Assembly: GCF_000372725.1 (NCBI RefSeq)
Contig: NW_005201249.1
Location: 272,198-336,197 of the forward strand
Direction of reading: 5' to 3'
Origin: Emiliania huxleyi CCMP1516
Taxonomy: Eukaryota
Length of the DNA: 64,000 nt
The translations under genes and the position numbers were made by a program. How positions within the stretch are numbered: the first letter of the stretch is position 1; the number at the start of each line of letters is the position of its first letter. Below, piece by piece: positions 46,021-58,121 of the stretch. The notes under the pieces were generated by a model. It was not told where the DNA came from. It did no database searches and saw only the letters and a list, made by a program, of their open reading frames with translations.

Positions 46021-46447
46021 CGGCGCGCGGCCGCGGTGTGAGAGAGATCTGATGTATCCACTATTGGGAGGCGGGGTGAAGAGCTCCCAGCCTCAGAGAG
46101 CGTGCATGTGTGGGGCAAGTTGGAGTGGTGCGTGGGTGTTAGGCTTAGCGCGGTGTGTGTTCGATAGCAGCTGCAGAGTCGCGTGTGGGTATTTGTTTGT
46201 CGATTGTCGCCGATGAGGATGTCTCTACCCAACGTGAAGACGATTCAAAAAAAACACAAACGAGAAGAACAACACTGCCAGGGCGCCACCCTTCCGCGGG
46301 CCCCGACGCGAGGGGGCGTGCGGCAAGGGGGGGGGGGGGGGACAATGACAACGAGACAGGGCGGATCCCAGGGCGCAGGGGGAGAAGTGGGACACAGACG
46401 TGCTACTACTGTACACTGTGAGGAGGGATCCGCGACGCCGCCCATCG

Positions 46448-47955
46448 CTAGGAGAGGTACCCGCTGTCCGAGCCGCTATACTCGCCATTGCTCTCGTCGC
46501 CGTCCTCGCTGGGTCCGGTGGAATCAGGCCGCTCGCCCACCCACAAATCGATCTTCTTCGGAAGCAGCTGGTCCTCCACGCCTTGGCCCATGACGAAAGG
46601 ATAACCGTGGCCCAAGATGGACTCTCCCCCTCCGCCGTGATGGCCCCAGGAGAAGAATGCTCCGTCAGCAGTGAGGGCGAAGCCGTGGCAGCCGCTGGCC
46701 ACCACAGAGACGACGCGCTGCCCGGCCAAGGCCTCGATCTTGTTGGGCAGCGACCGGCTCTGCGTGTCGCCGTGGCCCAGGCGTCCTAAATTGTTTGGGC
46801 CCCAGGACCAGGCGGAGCCGTCGGCGGTGATGGCGAAGGTGTGGCGGTCTGCCGACACGGCGATGACGCGCTGGCCAGCGAAGGCGTCGATCCTCTTCGG
46901 CAGCAGCTGCTTCTCCGTGTTGCCGTGGCCCAACGTGCCTAGGAGTCCCGAACCCCAGCTCCACACCACACCGCCAGTGGTGAGAGCGAAGCTGCAGCCG
47001 CCTCCTGCCGACACAGCGATGACGCGCCGGCCCGACAAGGCCTCAACCTTCTTGGGAAGCTGCTGGTTCTGCTCGTTGCCGTGGCCCAACGCGCCGTCTC
47101 TTCCCTTGCCCCAGCTCCAGATTGCGCCGTCCATTGTAAGGGCGAGAGAGTGGTAGTCGCCCGCAGAGATAGCAACGACGCGCTGGCCCGCCAAGGCCTC
47201 GATCTTCGTCGGGAGGTGATGGTCGTGCCGGTCGCTGTGGCCCAGCGAGCAGCTCGAGAACATGCCGCACCCCAGCTCCAGACGGCGCCGTCGGTGGTGA
47301 GGGCGAGGCTGGAGAAGCTCCCAGCAGAGATAGCCACGACGCGCTGCCCAGCCAGGGCCTCGATTTTCTTTGGGCGCTGCTGGTAATGCCCGCCAGCATG
47401 ACCCAGCCATCCTCCCCCGCCCTGCCCCCTTCCCCAACTCCAGACTGAGCTGTCTGCGGCGAGGGCGAGGCTGAAGCAGGACCCAACTGACACGCTTTCA
47501 GCGCGCGCTCCCCCGAGCTGCGAGGGGAGTCGTGTTGGGCGGCCGCCGGCCTCTCGGCCCTCGAACAGGCCAAGGCCGCGCCACGGGTCGTGCCCAAGAA
47601 GCTTCGTGTCGCCGGCTCCGCCACACGACGCGAGCCGCCCCTCGCCGTCGATGAAGACGCTGTGCTGCATGCTTGACGCCACCCTCATCGGCGGGTTGGA
47701 CTCGCGCTGCATCGCCGCAAAGCACAGCCAGCACACGTCGCAGCTATCGCCCGCTGGCGGCTCTGCTAGCTCGTAGCCGCGCTCTCGCGCCCGCAAGCGG
47801 ATGCCTTCCTCCGCGAGCGAGGAGTGGAAGATGCGCGAAACGGCCGCGACGCGAGCGATGTCGGCGGGGGTGTCGCAGCGCGCGACGACGCGCGCGAGCA
47901 AGTCGGTGGCCAAGTCGAGCAGCGCGAGCGGTGGCGGCGGAGGCGCTTGCGTCAT
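46448..47955 (-). pseudogene. F-box-like + RCC1-repeat protein with a frameshift near 47265
   Basis: LLDLATDLLARV N-terminus; repeats VVAISAGxxHSLALTxDGAxWSWGxGxxGxLGHG split over two frames. Confidence 0.75.
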
Positions 47956-48217
47956 GTGACAAATGGAAGGGCGCTCCGCCGGACGAGCTAGCAGATCAAC
48001 AGGTCGAGCTTTTGGGGCGTGTCGCGCCGATCGGTCTCGCCAGTCCGGGGTCGTTTTTCTTTCTTTCCGGCTGGAGAGAAAAGGAAAGTCGTTTGCGCCC
48101 CGTTTGTGCCGCGTCCCGTGCCCCCGAGTTTACGCGATAATAAATTATGATTGATGACACACACAGAACACAGAGGTGACAGTACACGGACTAGATTGAT
48201 CGGATCTCATCGTGACA

Positions 48218-48622
48218 CTAGACAGCGCCAGGGGGAGCCTGGGAGGCAGCCATCAGCTTCTGGCCCATGGAGTAAAGCCAGTCCGCCTCCGCCTCGTCGT
48301 CCTGTGAGTGCTGCGGCTGGTAGTACTTGACCGCCTTGCCCTTGGTGTCGATGACGTCGTGGTCAGGTGATATGCGATTGCCGAACATGCGCGACACCCG
48401 GATGGTCTTTGCCTTGCCGGCGGCGAAGGCGGTCAGGCTATCGTAGTCGCCGACCACAGCTAGTGGGCGGCCGGAGGTGTAACTAGGCGCGTAGAGGTAG
48501 TTGTCGGGGTGGTCGGCACCGCCGCCCTTTGAGGAGGAGATCACATGCAGCACGTCCTGCCCATCAATCTCGTCGCTATCGAGCAGCACGCGCAGGCACC
48601 GTGCATACACGGCTCGCGTCAT
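48218..48622 (-). CDS. Degenerate HNH-like nuclease fragment
   Basis: DVLHVISSSKGGGADHPDNY resembles the HNH core HII...GG....N. Confidence 0.4.
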   Translation of the reverse strand: MTRAVYARCLRVLLDSDEIDGQDVLHVISSSKGGGADHPDNYLYAPSYTSGRPLAVVGDYDSLTAFAAGKAKTIRVSRMFGNRISPDHDVIDTKGKAVKYYQPQHSQDDEAEADWLYSMGQKLMAASQAPPGAV

Positions 48623-49537
48623 GCACTCCGACTCAGCGATCGCCTTGCGCGCCGCGCCAGCTCCGCAGCCTTGTGGAGTCTCGCCTCGAGATCGGACGCT
48701 GCGTCGTGGATGCTCTTCGCGTGATCAATGTACCAACTCACCGCCTCCTTACGCGCATCCACCTCCGCATCCACCGGCGGTTTTGTTGAGGAGCTTCACA
48801 GTAGCACAATCGTCGATCTCGAGCACCACAAGGCTGCGCGCGCCGGGGGTTTCTTTTTTTGGTTTTTCCGCGCTCCGGGGGGTTCTTTCTTTGCGAGGGA
48901 CTTTCTTTCCAGTTTCGGCGGACGCCCCGCGCTGCGCACTGGCTCCAAGATAATTCTTCCGATCCACATGCTAGGGGTCGCAGTGGGATCTAGAAATTCA
49001 GAAAAATCATGAGGTGTGGTACCGGCAGCATCCTCTGTTGTTTTGTGTTTGCAGCCTCTGTGTCGGTCGGATAAAAATGGAAATAAATGGACACGCATGC
49101 GCATGACAGGACCCAGTATAGTACACAGCACAAGCATGATTCACCGCCACAGGCGCGCGGCCGCGGGGAGGGGCGACCTGGCTTCGAGATAGATGATTCT
49201 GCAACCCACATGCTAGGGAGGTCCGTGCTCTAACTACTCTATCGTTGCTCGACCACGCGTTTGGGCTCTCTCGAGGAGGAAGTGGCGGCCCCCGCGGGAG
49301 CTCGCTCGCGCCGATGCTGTCATGCGGGACCGATTGAGCGGCGGCTCGCAGTGGGATCGGACTGCAGAAGGTCCGTTGGGGCCCTCGAGACGAATGACCG
49401 TACGGTTGCGGCGCGTTTGCCCCTTCTCGTCCAGACTCCACGCGCCGGGCCCACCCCGCCGGACCACTGCGCCGCGCTTCCCGACTGGTTGAGCTGATGG
49501 CGTGACGATAACCCAACGCTAGTACAGCCAGAGTGCG

Positions 49538-49838
49538 ATTGTGTGTGTGTGCGGGAGTTGGTTTGATGGTTTGGCGGGAGGGAGGGGCAGGCGATGCGGA
49601 GCGAAGCGAGCATTGCGATCTTTGTGCAGGGTTCTTTGTGGGTGTGGTCGGCGACTAGCCGGGGTCGTCCTCCCGATGGGGGACTAGCACTAGCCGTCTT
49701 CCACATGGTCCCTCGGGTCCCTGCTGCTCCCCTATGTAATCTCTTCGATTGTCGGATATTGTGTGTGTGCGGGAGTTGGTTTGATGGTTTGTCGGGAGGG
49801 AGGGGCAGGCGATGCGGAGCGAAGCGAGCATTGCGATC
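49538..49838. repeat. ~82-bp direct repeat pair
   Basis: 49538-49620 and 49758-49838 are near identical. Confidence 0.85.
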
Positions 49839-50141
49839 GAACCGCGCATCGCTGGGTTCCGCTCGATAGGGGGTCTGGCGCCACTAGCGGCCAAAACGCC
49901 CAACCAACCCAGCCCCGCCTAGCCGCGCTCCAAGGGCTGTCGCCACGCACGATTCACACGACAGATACAAGGCGCAGGCGACGGCTTCCTAGGAAGCCGT
50001 CGCCCTCTATGCGGCGAGTACCCACCGACGGTGTCGCGCAGAAGCGCTTTCCCTGTACACGGCGCGCTGCGCTGCCACACGCTGCTCTCACTAGTGCCAA
50101 GCGGCGATCGAGTCATCAGGGCGTGGGGCGCTGCCCCTCAC

Positions 50142-51888
50142 TCATGCCCGCTCGGCCACCTCCGCCCGGACCTTCTCGAGCTCCACGTCGCGCGCCGCCA
50201 CCGTCCCCTTGAGCTTCGCCACCGTCCCCTTCAGCTCCGCCACCTGGTCGAGCGCGTCGCCGAGCAGCCCCTTGGCCACGCCAAAGTCGCGCAGCTGCTC
50301 CACGCCGCCGCTCGCCCGCACCTCGGCGGCGTGGTCGGCCACGAAGCGGCGGCACTGCGCGAGGAGCCGCCCGTCGCCCATCGTGTGCGCCGCCTCGAGC
50401 AGCGGCACGGCGGTCGCCGGCGCGACGCTCTCCTGCAGCGCCTGCGCGCAGAGCAGCTCGAGGCGCGGCACCTGGTACATCTGCGCCAGCTCCCGCAGGT
50501 CGAGCGCGCGCTGCGCCCTGCCCTCCTCCTCGCCGAGGTCGAGCTCATCGGTGCAGAGGTAGTCGATAAGGGCGGTGAAGCTGGCGAGGTCGGTGTGGGC
50601 CACCGTGACATCGGCGGCGTCGCGCTCCTTCATGCCGATGCCAAACATGGTCCGAAAGACCGGGGACCGAATGCAGAGCACGTTCTTGCTCACGTGCTCG
50701 ATGCGCTCCCGGTCGTCGCCGACCAGGAAGGTGACCATGCCCTGCGGGAGGGAGGCGTCGCCCCGCGTCTTCTTCATGTCGGCCGAGAAGGTGGAGGGCG
50801 GAATGACGATCGGGGCAAAGGAGGGAGGCGGAGGAGGCGCAGCCACGCAGACCTGGCGGAGGCCACCTTCCGAACCGACCAACAGCGTGCTCCCGTCCGG
50901 GCTGATTGCGACTTCATCTGGGCTGGCGAGCTGCGCCGCGTCGCCCACACCATCGGCGTTGCCCTCGGTGCCGCTGCCCGCGAGGGTCGTCACAGCGCCC
51001 GTCGCCACCTCGACCCGCCGAATCTTGTGGCTCTCATTGTCCGCCACAAACAGCGCGCTGCCGTCCGTGCTGATGGCCATACCGTAGGGGTAGCAGAACT
51101 CCGCCGCGTCGCCCACGCCATCCGCGTCGCCATTCTCGCCGCTGCCCGCGAGCGTGGTCACCGCGCCAGTCGCCACCGCCACCCGCCGGATCTTGTGGCC
51201 GCCGTTGTCTGCCACAAACAGCGCGCTGCCGTCTGGGCTGATGGTGATGCCAAGCGGTATATTGAACCCCGCCGCGTCGCCGACGCCATCGGCGCTGCCC
51301 GTGGTGCCAGTGCCCGCGATCGTCGTCACCTCTCCCGTCGCCACCTCCACCCGCCGGCTTGTCGTTGTCGTGGTCCGTCACAAACAGCGCGCTCCCGTCC
51401 GGGCTAATGGCGATGCCAGCTGGGCCGTTGAACTGTGCTGCTTCGCCCACGCCATCGGCGCTGCCCTCGTCGCCGCTTCCAGCGAGCGTGGTCACCTCGC
51501 CAGTCGCCACCTCCACCCGCCGGATCTCGTGGCCGCTGAAGTCCGCCACAAAAACCGCGCTCCCGTCCGGGCTGACAGTAACGGTGTAATAGTAGTCGCC
51601 ACCTCCACTTGCCGGCAAGGCTGCCACGCGGCGCACGCGCCCGGCCGCCGAGACGTGCAGCAGCGAGTCAACGGTCGCGACGTACCAGGCGCCCGCGTGA
51701 TCGCTCGCGACGCCAACGCGACCGAGCGATGCCTGAAGGCCGTCCTCGCCCTCGAGCGTCAGCGTGGCGACCTGGCCGACGCGCGCGCCAAAGATGGGCG
51801 CCTCGAAGCCATCCGCGACCGGAACGGGCTCCTCGTCCTCCTCGCCGCCGCCGCCGCCCGTGCGGGCGCGCTTGCTGGCTCGGGACAT
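50142..51888 (-). pseudogene. NHL-repeat + BTB/POZ protein with a frameshift near 51357
   Basis: Repeats ISPDGSALFVAD..HKIRRVEVATGxVTTLAGSG; BTB VTFLVG..NVLCIRSPVFRTMF..IDYLCTD..LAQMYQVPRL; one repeat reads AAG-CCGG where the others read AAG-ATC-CGG. Confidence 0.8.
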
Positions 51889-52008
51889 GGGGGGTAGATT
51901 CGGGACGAGGGCTGGGTAGGGTAGCTCGGATCTCTTCATAGAAAAACCCAACACGACATCGGAGGGGAGGCGCCGGTAGCGCGCGAGTGCTCCCTGCCGC
52001 CAAAGGAG

Positions 52009-52230
52009 GTGCTGGACGAGGCGTGCCGTGCGATCGAGAAGGCGCACTTCACGGGCAAGGCGGACAAGGTGATGGTGCCGCAGATGCTGGCCGAGTTTGA
52101 GTGGACCTTCCGCAGCACGTTTGAGCAGGCGCTCGAGGACTATGCGACGAGCGGTGCGACTATTGGGCGGAAGGAGCAGGAGGCGATGCAGCAGGAAACG
52201 CCGGCACGTCTGGCTGAGTGCTGCGTGTGA
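52009..52230 (+). other. Isolated coding-like fragment
   Basis: Protein-like AIEKAHFTGKADKVMVPQMLAEFEWTF without a start; family not identified. Confidence 0.3.
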
Positions 52231-53272
52231 GACGAGAGAGCGAGCCACAAAAGTACCGCCGGAGACAGACGGCCTGCTGCAAGCACTTGTGAACAATGTG
52301 TGAGTGTGTTAGATCTACATGTAGTATATTGCGAAACCTCTCTTGTCAGTTGTGATTCCCTGGGGCCCCTCAACGCCAGCGCGAGAGCAGCGCCTCCGGC
52401 GGCACCTGCCCCGGCTTCTCGCCGTCCTCGAGCAGCGCTGCGCCAGGAAGGGCACCGTCGCCGCGTTGATCTTGGAGAGCAGCCCGTTCTTGATGATGTT
52501 GTACGCCTGCTGCAGTGCCACCTGCTTGTTTTCGGGCGCGTAGAGCAGCTGCCTTGACTTTTCTTCTTTTCCTTCTATTTTCATCACTTGCACGGATAGT
52601 TCCCCGCTGTTGAAGTTACAGCCGCAAGTGTCACGCGCCAACCGCAACTGTTTAAAAAAAAAGTAACAATCCAGCATTCGCGAGGGGGTCGCCGAGGCGC
52701 CCAGGGCGCGCGGGGAAGCTCGCAGGGCGTTGGGGTAGCTATGCCTCACGTGCAGCGCCGACGGTCGGGGTCGGCGGAGCACGCCAGCGGCAGGAGAGCG
52801 CCTGGGTCCCAGTGGGACCCGGGTCCCAATATATTCGTTCCACGAACGTGCTTGCGCGTCGAAAACCGGTCGAACGTCCGCCAATAGAAAGTTTGGCCGC
52901 CAAACGCGTGCTACTGCTAGCTGCTACCGGTGGAACGAGCGTACACTGGTACTCGGTGCTTTTAGGGGGCTGAAAATAGAGCCGTAGTACTTACGAGTTA
53001 CGTGGCGATATGCAAGTAGATCTCATGAGTCATGTGTGTGTGCATATCGCCACGTATCTCGCGCTCTCGGAATGCGCGCGAACGTGCTCCGCGTGTGCGC
53101 GCCACACGTGTACTGCGGCAGCCGACGCGTATAAGTTACCTGGCGTCCGTGAAATGCGGCGCCTTACTTCGTGTGGTCAGCGCGACCCGCGCGGCTATCC
53201 CGCAACGGGCGGGCAAGCAGCCGGAGGCGCGCGAGCCGCTGTGCGTGTCATCTGCTCCGCCCCCAAGTACTC

Positions 53273-56200
53273 TCAGGCCATGTACTCCTTGAAGACCTCG
53301 TTCTCCGTCTCGTCAAAGTAGGTGACGCCTACAGCACACCGCCTCGCACGTGGAGCGGCCGTGGCCCACGCAACGCCTCCCCCGGGCAGCAGCCGCCGAG
53401 TCCGTCGAGCATGGCGTCAAAGTCGCCGTGCTTGTTAGCGGGCCTACGATGTGCCAGACGCGTCCCGGACATGTCCTTCGGCGCCTCTTCCTCCCGCGGC
53501 GCTGCAGCCGCACATCTTGACGCCGGCGAGCACCTTCCCGACCTGCCCGCCGTGGTTGCGGTAGTGCAGCAGCGTGAGGAACATGTCGGGCGTGAGCGCC
53601 GACAGGAAGGCGGCGAGTGAGCCTGTTCACAGGCGCGTACCGTGGGCAGGGGCTCTTCACAGCGTGAGGCAAGGACGTGTGGAGAGCGAGCCCGAGTGCT
53701 CCGGGAACTCGAAGCGGATCAGCCGCTCGCCAGTCAACTCACCGGGCCGCGCGCCTGAAGCAACCCGCGTCACTCTCATCCGCAAGCCTCCGCCGCACCG
53801 CCCCCCCGCCTCTCTCGCCAGGGCAGCGCACCGGCCAGGTAGCGCGCGTGCGTCTTCGCCATCTCGTTGGCCGTCACGTCGGAGCCGTGCACCTGACGAG
53901 GTGCGGCCGAGGTCGGGGTGGCGGTGGGCAGGCCTTGAGGCGGCGGCGAGGGCGGGAGGGCGGCGGCGAGGGCGGGAGGGCGGCGGCGAGGGCGGGGCGC
54001 GCGGCACCTCAATCTTGCGCAAGTCGTCGAGGAGAGCGCGCGAGTCCTCCTCGGCAGACTCCTGCGTGGTCGGCCGCTCGAGCGACATGTACACGACGGC
54101 GTCCTTCGACGGCTCGTGCCGGAAGATGAACTCGGTCACCTGCGCGGCGGCAGAGGGCGGGCGTGACGAGGCGCCGTCCTCCCGCCTCAAGGCGGAGGAG
54201 GGAGCGCGGCGGGCACCCAGCGAGGCTGCACCGCCTTGTACACCTCGTAGAACATGCCGCTGCGGTCGGGCATCTTGAGCGCGTACAGCCGCTCCGTCTG
54301 CTCGCCTACTCCTCGGACCAGCCTCGGCTCAGCCTCGGCGGAGCCCTCCGATGGCCCGGGCAGCCCGGGTCCGCGTCGCCGTACGAGGCTCGCTCCGAGA
54401 TGAAGCGCAGGATGTCGAACTCGATACAGCTCGCGTCGCTAGAGATGACGACGTAGTTGCCTGTCCACACACACACGCCGCCCAGTCAAGGACGCGGCGC
54501 CTCGCCACGGGGAGGGGAGGGGGACGGCAAGCTCACCGCGCGAGGCGCCGCCTGCCGCGGCGGGCCGCGTCGCGAGCCAGCGCTTCAGGCCTGCGACGGA
54601 GATGGCGCCGGCCGGCTCGAGCATCGCGCGTGTGTCCTCGAAGCAGTCGCGGACGGCGGCGCAGATCTCGTCTGTCGAGACGGTCACCTGGAGGAGGGGC
54701 CCGAGACGCGTCCGAGAGGTGTCCGTGACCTCGGGCGGATCTCCCGTCCCTCGAGACAGCCACCACGTCGTCGACGAGCGAGTCGCACAGCCGGAAGACC
54801 TCCGAGCCGAGCTGCTGCACCGCCGCGCCTACTTTGTCCGCTGGCGTGAGGAGAGGATGTCCAGAGGCTGAGAGGCGAGCTGCCGCGCCGCCGCGCCGTC
54901 CACGAAGTGGGACGGCTCGGACAGCTTCGGCCGGTGCCCGGCGAGCAGCGAGCGCTGCATCAAGTTGTTCTCCTCCGGCTCGACTCCGATGACCTTGGTG
55001 CCTGCTCGAGGCAGTGCCGCGGCGTGAGGCGGGCCCCCTCCCGCCTCGCGGCCGCCTCTCGGACAGCGTCGCTCGGACCGGGCATGAGCTGCTTGACGAT
55101 GGCCGCGACGCCGGCGATCAGAGAGCCCCCGCCCGTGCAGACGAAGATTGCCTGCAGGGAGGCTCCGAGACGGCTCCGAGAAGGCTCCTCGAGGGGGCGT
55201 CCGCCGCCGCGCAGACGAAGAGTGCGTCGAGCGACTGGCCAGTGCCGGGCGGCAGGTGGCCGTTTGCCCGGGCGACCGCCTCCGCCGCGCCGCGCATCGC
55301 GTGCGGCGCGATTCCGTTTGAGAAGCGGCCGGTGCGGCTTAGGGCGCGCTTCTGCTGCATGAGCGGGTCGAGGGCCGCAGAGTGCTGCCGGACGATCTCG
55401 AGGCCGCAGGTCGCGTTGCCGGAGATGACCCGCACGTCGTCGTGCAAGTGGCAGAAGACGGCGCCCCCGTCCTCGCGCGCGAGCCGCTGCGCCTCGCGCT
55501 TCGCATCCTCGAGACCGGAGCCGTGTATCACCTGCGCAGTGCGGCGCCGGCTCAGTCTCGGCTGCGTCTCGGCTCCGGCTCCGGCCCGCGGAGGAGAGCG
55601 GCACCACGTTCGCGCCCGCGCGCTCGATCTGCGAGCGCCGCTGGCGCGGCGTCCGCTCGGGCAGCACGATGGTTGCCTGCATGCCTGGGGAGATATGAGG
55701 GAGATATGGGGGAGATATGGGAAGATAGGGGGAGATATGGGTGGCCAGGACGGGAGGGCGGGTGGCGTGGTGGAGGGAAGAGCCGGCGCCGGAGGGCTGG
55801 GACCGGGCGTGGGAGAACGGGCGGTGGTGGCAGTGGGAAGCGGTCGATGGCGACGCCGTCCGGCCGTGGACCGAGCATGGCCCTCTCGGCCGCATCTAGG
55901 CGAGCGGTGCCCAGCGCAGAGGCGGCGACGGCAAGGGAGTGGCCCTGTCCGCCGACGGAGTAGGTGACAACGCTGGTCGCGCCTGCAGGAAGGCGTGGCG
56001 GTGGGCGTGTGGCGCGGTCTGGCCTGGGCGCCGGTGGGCAAGGGGGTGGGGGCTGCTCGCGCCCTCGCGACGCACGGAGTCGAGAAGGTTGAAGGCGCCT
56101 ACGGCGGCAGCAGCCAAATAAGCCTCGCGGATGCGGATGGCGGAGAGGGCAGAGATCCCTCCGGCCATCATGGTTGGCCGTCTCTCTCGGCTTCACCTCG

Positions 56201-56600
56201 GCTGGAACCGCCTGCATCTCTCGGCCGGAAAATTAAATCTCGGCCGCCGCATCTCGGCTAGTTTCGCCGCACCGCGGATCTTGTATGAGAAGGACGGCAG
56301 CAGGTCCTCGCGCTTGAAGTGCACGCAAGCGCCGAGGCGGTGAGAGAGGCCGGGAGCATACTGCAGCGGCGAAGCGGTGACGAGGTCGTACACCCGCGAC
56401 GTCAGTGCCAGCCGCACGTAGTCGGGAGCCGAGTCCATCGACTCCAACTGCTCGCCATCTCCGAGCGCCGGCGCACGCGTCTCCTCGCGCGGCAGGTTCT
56501 TGCGCTCCTGCAGCTTCGCCAGTGGCACGCGTATCCGATACGGCAGGCCCGCGCCGCTGCTAATGCGCCGGTGCGGCCCGCGAAGGCGGGCCAGCTTCAT
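53273..56600 (-). CDS. ilvA: Threonine dehydratase-like protein (fold-type II PLP + C-terminal regulatory domains), multi-exon
   Basis: DYVRLALTSRVYDL, FKREDLLPSFSYKIRGA, DDVRVISGNATCGLEI, GGGSLIAG, VIGVEP, FVDGAA, TDEICAAVRDCFEDTRAMLEPAGA, FDILRFISERA, RFEFPE, HYRNHG. Confidence 0.9.
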
Positions 56601-57030
56601 TGAGTCGCAAACGACGCGTGCGTTCGGAGCTCAGCCAGGAGGCGGAAGCCGAAAAGAATTTGCAGATACCAGGTACACCTGTCCTCGTCCCATCCCTCGT
56701 TTGGCGTGTCTGTTTTCTTTCTTTCTTTCTTTTACACCACGGGATCCAAAAGAAACGTGAAGGCCGCGGATTCTTCCTGCTCACGTGAGAGAGGGCAAGG
56801 GAGGACCGGGCGCTGGCATACCAGGGGGGGGCAGGGTGGTGGGCGGCGACCGCCGCATACCGTCCTACAGCGGGGACTATCGCTACGCCAGGGAAGACAA
56901 GGACGTCGAAGTGCAGCTGCTGCTGTTCTCGACTGTTCGGCGGGTTCGGGAAGGGGGTCTCCGCGAGACCCGGCCAGGCCAGCGGAGTTGCGGCGACCCT
57001 AGTTGCGCGGCCTATGCCCGCAGTGCGCAG

Positions 57031-57345
57031 ATGAAGAAACCTCTCTCCCGCTCTACATTCTCTGACCCAGTGATCTCGACGGACGACAGCGAGGACTGGA
57101 ACGATGAAGACGGCGAGAGCTCCGCCGATCCGGGCACCTGGCAGAAGGCGGACGAGGCGATCCTTCAGCAACGCAAGATGCGCAAAGCAAAGATGCCAAC
57201 AGCCAGCGGAGCTAGTCTGCTAGGCGGCGCGGCCGGTCGGTCCCTCCAACTTGCGAACCCGTTTGCGGCGCCTGCGCCCAGGACGATGCTCGACACGTAC
57301 GAAGGGAACGTTGAAAGGGCTGCCGAAGCACTGGCTTCCGCATGA
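57031..57345 (+). CDS. Short protein with NUP50 N-terminal-like motif
   Basis: DEDGESSADPGTWQKADEAILQQRKMRKAK..ANPFA resembles the Nup50/Nup2 importin-alpha-binding N-terminus. Confidence 0.4.
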   Translation: MKKPLSRSTFSDPVISTDDSEDWNDEDGESSADPGTWQKADEAILQQRKMRKAKMPTASGASLLGGAAGRSLQLANPFAAPAPRTMLDTYEGNVERAAEALASA

Positions 57346-57598
57346 CGTCTTGACGTCTGTACGGTACGTTGCGATTATCTTGTACTGTAGTATGATCGTA
57401 TAGAGTATGTCGAGAACGGTTCGTTTTTCTTTTTCTTGCGGGCCGGGGCTGCCGACTGAAGTGCCGACTGTCACTCTGCCGGTATATTACTGCCTTCGCG
57501 CGGTGAGAGGCCCAATAGGCAGCAGAGCTGGGATGCTCCTGGCTGCCCGAAGAGTGCCCGGGGCGAACTGGGGTGCACAGTGGCTGGACCGGGTGTGA

Positions 57599-57970
57599 GT
57601 GCTTCTGCTGCCTCTGCGGGCGTTCCAATTGCGGAGATGGAGCGATCCCCTCTGGAAGGCGGCGGACGTGCTACAGAACAAGCTGACGCGGGCCCAATAC
57701 CTCGATGAGGTGACTTGGACCACTAGATCTAAGAACTGGCTGGGGCTGCAGCAGCAGCGTATCTCGGTCGTTCTTCACACGGCAATCGCAGAGCAGATTG
57801 TGAACGAGCTTGCCTGCGTGCGGCTGGCGGGGGCGGGCGGGTGCACGGAGCTAAGTGCCTCGCCGCCCTCGCGGGAGTCGCTTGGCGGCTCCCGTAGTGT
57901 ACCCGTGTTAGTGCCAGTGCGCGCCAGTCCCGTGCCCAGTGTCGTGCGAGGCGGCGTTGTAAATTCTTTT
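57599..57970 (+). mobile_element. Possible 3' remnant of an RLE-type (CRE-like) non-LTR element
   Basis: WLGLQQQRISVVLHTAIAEQI resembles the QRLSVALQRGNA C-terminal motif; followed by TGTAAATTCTTTTT. Confidence 0.4.
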
Positions 57971-58121
57971 TCCTCAAGCAACGTCGCCCGGCCCTTGCCG
58001 GCGTTCGTTTCGCGGCCGCCGGTTTTTGACTCGTCAGAGCGCGTCCGTGCCTCGCGGCGGCTGGGTCACGAGACATAGCCCACGCTGATTCGAGGCGAGA
58101 GCCGAGCGCCACGCCCTTTTC

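Noticed and set aside
50031..51407. 458-aa plus-strand ORF
   Set aside because: Antisense shadow of the NHL-BTB gene
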